32,000 nt of DNA from Planctopirus limnophila DSM 3776. GTDB taxonomy: Bacteria; Planctomycetota; Planctomycetia; Planctomycetales; Planctomycetaceae. The number at the start of each line of letters is the position of its first letter. Positions within the stretch are counted from its first letter, which is position 1. The stretch is from NCBI RefSeq assembly GCF_000092105.1, contig NC_014148.1, positions 2,460,001 through 2,492,000 of the forward strand, written 5' to 3'. Positions 24,085-32,000 of the stretch are shown here, one piece after another. Below the pieces are notes generated by a model. It saw only the letters and a program-made list of their open reading frames with translations. It was not told where the DNA came from and searched no databases. The position numbers and the translations under genes are program-made.

Positions 24085-25197
24085 ATGATCCATTCCACGG
24101 AAAGACTGATTTTTATGAACCAGCCCTACGATGCATTGTTGATCGTTTCCTTTGGAGGCCCGGATCGCCCTGAAGATGTCCTGCCGTTCCTGGAAAATGT
24201 GCTTCGAGGCAAACCGGTCCCCAGAGAACGCATGCTGGAAGTTGCTGAACATTACTATCACTTTGGTGGTAAGAGCCCGATTAACGACCAGGTCCGAGAG
24301 TTGATCTCAGCTTTGAAAACTGAGTTCCAGAATTCTGGTATCGATCTGCCCATCTATTGGGGTAATCGCAACTGGCACCCGATGCTCACAGAGACAGTTC
24401 GTGAAATGGCAGAGCAGGGGGTGCAGCGTGCGCTGGCATTCTTTACCTCGGGCTACAGTTGTTACTCCGGCTGCCGGCAGTACCGCGAGAACATTATCGC
24501 CGCTCGAGAAGCCGTTGGTGCCCAGGCACCTCTCATCGAGAAGACGAGAATGTTCTACAACCATCCCCTCTTTATCGAGGCGAATGCCGAACGGCTACGA
24601 ACTGCGATGTCCCCATGGAGTGATGAAGAGCGTCAGCAGGCCCATCTGACATTCACCGCACATAGTATCCCGATGTCGATGGCGGATCGATCCAACTATA
24701 CGTTGCAACTGACTGAAACCTGTCGGTTGATTGCGAACGCCCTGGGATTCGAAAAGGATCGCTGGTCACTGGTCTATCAGAGCCGGAGTGGACGTCCTCA
24801 GGATCCCTGGCTGGAACCGGATATTCTTGATCATCTCAAATCCCTCCACGAGCGAAACATCCGAAATGTCGCGGTCGCCCCGGTGGGTTTTCTCTCGGAT
24901 CACATGGAAGTCCTGTATGACCTCGATGAAGAAGCCAGTCTGCTCGCCAAACAACTGGGCCTGAATTTTGTTCGATCTGGAACTGTGGGGACTCATCCTC
25001 AATTTATTGCCATGATTCGAGAACTTGTCGAAGAACGGATCGGCCGACGAAGCTGCCGCCAGGCGATTGGTCACTTCGGCCCCAGCCACGATGTCTGCCC
25101 GCCACACTGTTGTGAATACCCGACAGGCCGACCGACAACCGCGGCAAACATTTCCAATCGTGACGGTTCCAACGGCTCGACAGCACGACAGATCTGA
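24085..25197 (+). CDS. hemH: Ferrochelatase with a Cys-rich C-terminal extension
   Basis: ALLIVSFGGPDRPEDVLPFLENV, TAHSIPMSMA and GFLSDHMEVLYDLD are ferrochelatase signatures. An alternative start is at 24115 (MNQPYD). The C-terminal tail is SCRQAIGHFGPSHDVCPPHCCEYP. Confidence 0.85.
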   Translation: MIHSTERLIFMNQPYDALLIVSFGGPDRPEDVLPFLENVLRGKPVPRERMLEVAEHYYHFGGKSPINDQVRELISALKTEFQNSGIDLPIYWGNRNWHPMLTETVREMAEQGVQRALAFFTSGYSCYSGCRQYRENIIAAREAVGAQAPLIEKTRMFYNHPLFIEANAERLRTAMSPWSDEERQQAHLTFTAHSIPMSMADRSNYTLQLTETCRLIANALGFEKDRWSLVYQSRSGRPQDPWLEPDILDHLKSLHERNIRNVAVAPVGFLSDHMEVLYDLDEEASLLAKQLGLNFVRSGTVGTHPQFIAMIRELVEERIGRRSCRQAIGHFGPSHDVCPPHCCEYPTGRPTTAANISNRDGSNGSTARQI

Positions 25198-25484
25198 CAA
25201 CGGCGACAGTAAAACACTCAAAAACTGATTTTGATCCTCCAGCACGCAATCCATCGGCTCAATCTGCCGATAGTTCCCATGAAGCAGTGCTGACCGCTGG
25301 GCCACATACCGTTTGACAGTTCTTAGAGACTGTCAAGCTCTTGTGCTGCTCCGGTCTGATGTCGTCTGCAAAGTTGGTCTGCCCGATCTGGTCCATCTCA
25401 GATTCATTCGGGCTTTCCAGGCAAACGCCTTCAAGCTCGCTTCGCTCCGACTATCGAAGCCAGTGTGCAGGGGGTTCAAACATA

Positions 25485-28213
<2,729 letters not shown>

Positions 28214-28217
<4 letters not shown>

Positions 28218-28726
28218 TTGCTCCAGTTGATGGAACTCCCACCGTTGAATCGCACGCCTTGAATCAGAAGCAGTTCGTCACCTTCTGGGTGAACGAACAA
28301 CTCATGGGCATTCCCGTCGGTATTGTGCAGGAGGTTCTGAACCCCCAGACAATCGCTTCCGTTCCGCTGGCACCACGAGAAATAGCCGGGCTGTTGAATC
28401 TCCGCGGCCAGATTGTCACCGCCATCAACCTGAGGCGGCGTCTGGGATTGCCTGATTATTCGCAATCGGAGGGAAGCATGAATGTGGTGCTCCGCTACCG
28501 GGGCGAATCCTTCAGTCTGCTGGTCGACAGCGTGGGCGATGTGCTGGATATCGCCGAGATGCCTATTGAAGCTCCACCTCGCACGATTTCATCCACCTGG
28601 AAGGCCTATACCGAAGGTGTGATCCGCCTGGAAAAGAACCTCCTGCTATTGCTCAACGTGACGGCCATTCTGGCAATTGGCGGGCCGCTGAAATCGGAAC
28701 ATCCACCGATGGAATCGCGACCATAA
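28214..28726 (+). CDS. cheW: CheW coupling protein
   Basis: QFVTFWVNEQLMGIPVGIVQEVL...APREIAGLLNLRGQIVTAINLRRRLGL is a CheW-like domain. The start overlaps the cheA stop (ATGA at 28214-28217). Confidence 0.85.
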
Positions 28727-28826
28727 CGAATGGATGACCGCCTCGCTTTTCAAACTCAATACTCAAGCTCGTTTGTTTCAAACTCAGAATTTTTGAATAT
28801 CGAATTATTGACCTCAGTGGCTCCCC

Positions 28827-29474
28827 ATGAATCGTCCTCAAGTTCTGGCATATCCAGTCGCGCAGGTCGAGCAGAACGTCGATGCGAAAGCAGTTGCCAG
28901 CGTCTTCCCGCAGCATCTGCAATCCGTCTGGACAGCAGGCAATGGGATCATTGCAGGAATCCAACCCGAGCTTCTCAAGAGTGCCCTGGAAAAAGGGATT
29001 CCGCTGTTATCTCGTGTGATTTTCGATGAAACACTTCTCGAAGCTTTCGCCAACGATCTCAGAGAACAAACACGGCAGATCCCCTGGACAGCGGCAGAAC
29101 TTCTCGCCATTCAGACAGCCCTCTTGAGATCGCTGGCTGAGGTGGAAGCTTCTCGCTGGAGTGCCTCCCGACAGAAAACCTGGGAACTGGCCTTGCATCG
29201 GCTCAGCCAGATTTTGCTGCATACTTCGGGTGCTGCAAAGCCGTCACTGGCTCCAGACAGGCTGCCGCATGCTGATCACACGGATGGCATACAGACTCAA
29301 AATCACACCCGAGAAGCAACTTCCAACAGATCGATTCCCTACACATCACCAACCAATCCATTGACTGATTCCACCTCTCATCAACTTCGAACTGAAGCTC
29401 CAGGATCCGACCATGACGACCGCACAAATTCTCGATCAGATCGCTCATTCAACCAATGGCATTGCCCCTCATGA
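28827..29474 (+). CDS. Hypothetical protein embedded in the che cluster (helical N-terminal part, low-complexity tail)
   Basis: 215-aa ORF. Residues 1 to about 135 look like genuine helical protein sequence ([34 protein letters not shown]...). The C-terminal 80 or so residues are S/T/P/H/D-rich. No family recognised. The 3' end overlaps the first in-frame ATG of the downstream receptor by 62 nt. Confidence 0.4.
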   Translation: MNRPQVLAYPVAQVEQNVDAKAVASVFPQHLQSVWTAGNGIIAGIQPELLKSALEKGIPLLSRVIFDETLLEAFANDLREQTRQIPWTAAELLAIQTALLRSLAEVEASRWSASRQKTWELALHRLSQILLHTSGAAKPSLAPDRLPHADHTDGIQTQNHTREATSNRSIPYTSPTNPLTDSTSHQLRTEAPGSDHDDRTNSRSDRSFNQWHCPS

Positions 29475-32000
29475 TCTGGCTCGTACAGAATCGAGTCGTA
29501 TGCTCGTTGAAGCCGCACCGATGGGCCTCATGCATATCAGCAAGAGTGGGCAGATCATCACGATGAATCATCGCTGCCTCGAAATTCTGCGATCGATTGC
29601 TGCGGATTTACAGCTTGTTCCCGATGAACTGCTCGGTGGTCCGGCAGCAGTTTTATACGAGAGGTTGCCGCAATTGGGACAGCTCTCGGCCAATCTTTAC
29701 TCTGCCCAGCGTTTCATCCATCGAACGTCAACGAAGATGATTCAAGTCGATATTCACCCTGCCACTGTCCCTGGCGGGATCCGCGATGGTCAGGTTATCA
29801 GCTTCCAGGATGTCACCGAGAAGAGACGACTTGAACTGGCTGCTACTGAAGCCCAGGAAAATCAGAATGCCACCAATCGCGTCCTCGTTGAACTGCAGAC
29901 TGCGGAAAGCCCTGAAGATGCTGCACGAAAAGCACTTGAAGCCGTTCAGAAGGGTTTTGGCTGGGCCTACGGTTCGTACTGGACCATGGATCGCGCTGCC
30001 AATGTACTGCGATTTGCTCAGGAATCGGGCACTGTGAATCCCGAATTTGCCAGTCTGACACAGATCACAACTTTTGCTGAAGGTGTAGGGCTTTGCGGTC
30101 GTGCCTGGCGACAGCGGGAATTGATCTTCGTACGCGATCTGACACAAGTTCCGGATTGTGTGCGTGGCCCGGTGGCTATGCGAGCCGGTGTGAAATCGGG
30201 TGTGTGCTTTCCACTGATTGTCGATGATCAGGTGGTTGGCACGATGGATTTCTTTGCCACGGAAGAACTGGAACTTTCAACAGCTCGAATTGAAACTTTG
30301 CGGTCAGTCGGACGAATGGTCTCTAACCAGATCCAGCGTTTAAAAACAGCGAGTATTCAGGCTGAAATCGCCAAGAACGTTGAGGCGACAAATCGCGTTC
30401 AATTGGCCCTGTCTCTCGCGACATCACCTGCAGAAGCCATCCAGATCGCCTTGAAATCTGTCAAAGATGTCTTTGGTTGGGAGTATGGTTCTTACTGGGC
30501 AATCGATAACAAAGACCAGGTCTTAAAATTCTCAGCTGAAGATGGAACCGTCTCGCAGGAATTCCGTCGGGTGACCGAGACCTCCATTTTTGCTCGCGGT
30601 GTGGGATTGAATGGCAAGGCGTGGTTGAACAAAGATCTGGTTTTCGTTCAGAACCTGGCAAGCGTGACTGATTGCGTCCGGGCACCATCTGCTCAGATTG
30701 CAGGTGTCAAGTCGGGTGTGGCATTACCTATCACCATGTATGGGGAAGTGATTGGCACAATCGACTTCTTTGTCACTCGTGAAATCACGTTGACTAAAGA
30801 ACGTGCAGAAGCCTTGCGGGCAGTAGCTCGTGCACTCTCCAGCACTTTGCAGCAACTGGATGCCTTCCGCATGAAGTGCATGGTCGAATCCATGCCTTCC
30901 AATATGATTCTGGCGGATTCCAACTTCAAGATCACCTACCTGAATCCCGCATCGATCAATCTTCTGCGGACTTTAGAAAAGTATCTCCCAGTCAAGGCCG
31001 ATGGGATCCTGGGACAGAGCATTGATATCTTCCATAAAGATCCCGCCTACCAGAGAAATATCCTGAATAACCTGGGTGGAAAATCGCGGCAAGCCCAGAT
31101 TCAGGTCGGGCCGGAATGGCTCAATCTGGTCATCAGCCCCGTAACGGATGCTTCAGGTAAAGCTGTGGGTTCGATGATTACCTGGGATGTCGTGACCGAG
31201 AAACTTCGTATGGAAAACGAAGTCACCCGCATTCAGAACATGATGGAAAACATGCCCATCAATGTCCTGATGGCCAGCAGTGAAGGGGTGCTGGAATACT
31301 TCAATCCCGCAGCATCTCAAAATCTCAAGCGGTTGGAGAATCAACTTCCCCGAAAGGTCAACGAACTCAAGGGCAAGCCTTTCGATCTCTTCTCCCGACA
31401 GACGGAACTGCAGTCTCGAATTCTCGGGAACCCGGGCAATCTGCCCTTTACCACCAGGGTTCAACTTGGCACAGATCATCTCGATGTCCAGGTAAACGCC
31501 ATTTACGACAAAAAAGGGGACTATGTCGGGCCGATGGTGACGTTCACCATCATCACCGAGCAAGTTCAGATGGCGGATACTTTCGAGAAAGATATTCGCG
31601 GGATTGTCGAGATCGTGACTTCATCGGCAACAGAAATGCAGGCCAGTGCGAAGTCTCTCGCTGCCACATCTGACGAAACGGCACGACAGGCACAGGTTGT
31701 GGCTGCTGCCAGTGAAGAAGCCACCCGAAACGTCGAAACGGTTTCTTCGGCCTCGGAAGAACTCAGCAAATCAATTTCCGAGATCGCCAGACATGTTCAG
31801 GATGCATCAAAAATGACAGCCACCGCTGTCCATGATGCTGAGAAGACAAACGCCACCATTCGAGATCTGGGAGTATCAAGTAACGAAATCGGGCAGGTTG
31901 TGAAAGTGATCACATCGATTGCTCAACAGACCAATCTGCTCGCGTTGAACGCGACCATCGAAGCGGCCCGTGCGGGAGAAGCTGGCAAAGGCTTCGCGGT
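29413..32000 (+). CDS. Cytoplasmic methyl-accepting chemotaxis protein, PAS-GAF-GAF-PAS-PAS-MCP signalling domain. Partial: it continues past the window end.
   Basis: Translated by hand. The frame opens after the TGA at 29362-29364, the first ATG is at 29413 (alternative ATG at 29500), and it is still open at 32000. No hydrophobic transmembrane segment. Two homologous GAF modules carry FGWAYGSYW and FGWEYGSYW. Two homologous PAS modules carry LNPASINLL...IDIFHKDP and FNPAASQNL...FDLFSRQ. The end of the window holds the invariant MCP hairpin [24 protein letters not shown]. Confidence 0.85.
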   Translation, partial: MTTAQILDQIAHSTNGIAPHDLARTESSRMLVEAAPMGLMHISKSGQIITMNHRCLEILRSIAADLQLVPDELLGGPAAVLYERLPQLGQLSANLYSAQRFIHRTSTKMIQVDIHPATVPGGIRDGQVISFQDVTEKRRLELAATEAQENQNATNRVLVELQTAESPEDAARKALEAVQKGFGWAYGSYWTMDRAANVLRFAQESGTVNPEFASLTQITTFAEGVGLCGRAWRQRELIFVRDLTQVPDCVRGPVAMRAGVKSGVCFPLIVDDQVVGTMDFFATEELELSTARIETLRSVGRMVSNQIQRLKTASIQAEIAKNVEATNRVQLALSLATSPAEAIQIALKSVKDVFGWEYGSYWAIDNKDQVLKFSAEDGTVSQEFRRVTETSIFARGVGLNGKAWLNKDLVFVQNLASVTDCVRAPSAQIAGVKSGVALPITMYGEVIGTIDFFVTREITLTKERAEALRAVARALSSTLQQLDAFRMKCMVESMPSNMILADSNFKITYLNPASINLLRTLEKYLPVKADGILGQSIDIFHKDPAYQRNILNNLGGKSRQAQIQVGPEWLNLVISPVTDASGKAVGSMITWDVVTEKLRMENEVTRIQNMMENMPINVLMASSEGVLEYFNPAASQNLKRLENQLPRKVNELKGKPFDLFSRQTELQSRILGNPGNLPFTTRVQLGTDHLDVQVNAIYDKKGDYVGPMVTFTIITEQVQMADTFEKDIRGIVEIVTSSATEMQASAKSLAATSDETARQAQVVAAASEEATRNVETVSSASEELSKSISEIARHVQDASKMTATAVHDAEKTNATIRDLGVSSNEIGQVVKVITSIAQQTNLLALNATIEAARAGEAGKGFA

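Overview
About 32 kb of chromosomal DNA at roughly 50% GC. The gene content points strongly to Planctomycetota, Planctomycetaceae-like: a PSCyt/DUF1549/DUF1553 plus DUF1501 pair, a DUF1559 H-X9-DG prepilin-like protein, squalene-hopene cyclase and an EarP-type EF-P. I support 25 protein-coding genes, two of which run off the window edges. I found no rRNA, tRNA, CRISPR array, transposase or integrase. Left to right the window holds: two secreted amide hydrolases, one clearly GC-richer than its surroundings; a flavoprotein-FeoB pair without FeoA; a co-directional block of BON, DUF1559, lipoprotein, PSCyt and DUF1501 genes; an arsR-aquaporin-arsC operon; earP-efp; a membrane protein plus exported rhodanese; a macro-domain protein; a polytopic membrane protein plus Zn-alcohol dehydrogenase; shc; hemH; and a chemosensory cluster. 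That cluster consists of a CheA-REC hybrid, CheW, an orphan 215-aa ORF and a transmembrane-less PAS-GAF-GAF-PAS-PAS chemoreceptor. No recognisable defence or mobile system is present. The best candidates for undescribed biology are the Frz-like cytoplasmic chemosensory module with its orphan gene, the flavoprotein-FeoB pairing, and the planctomycete-specific block of unknown function. All family assignments come from motif recognition by eye, not from database searches.
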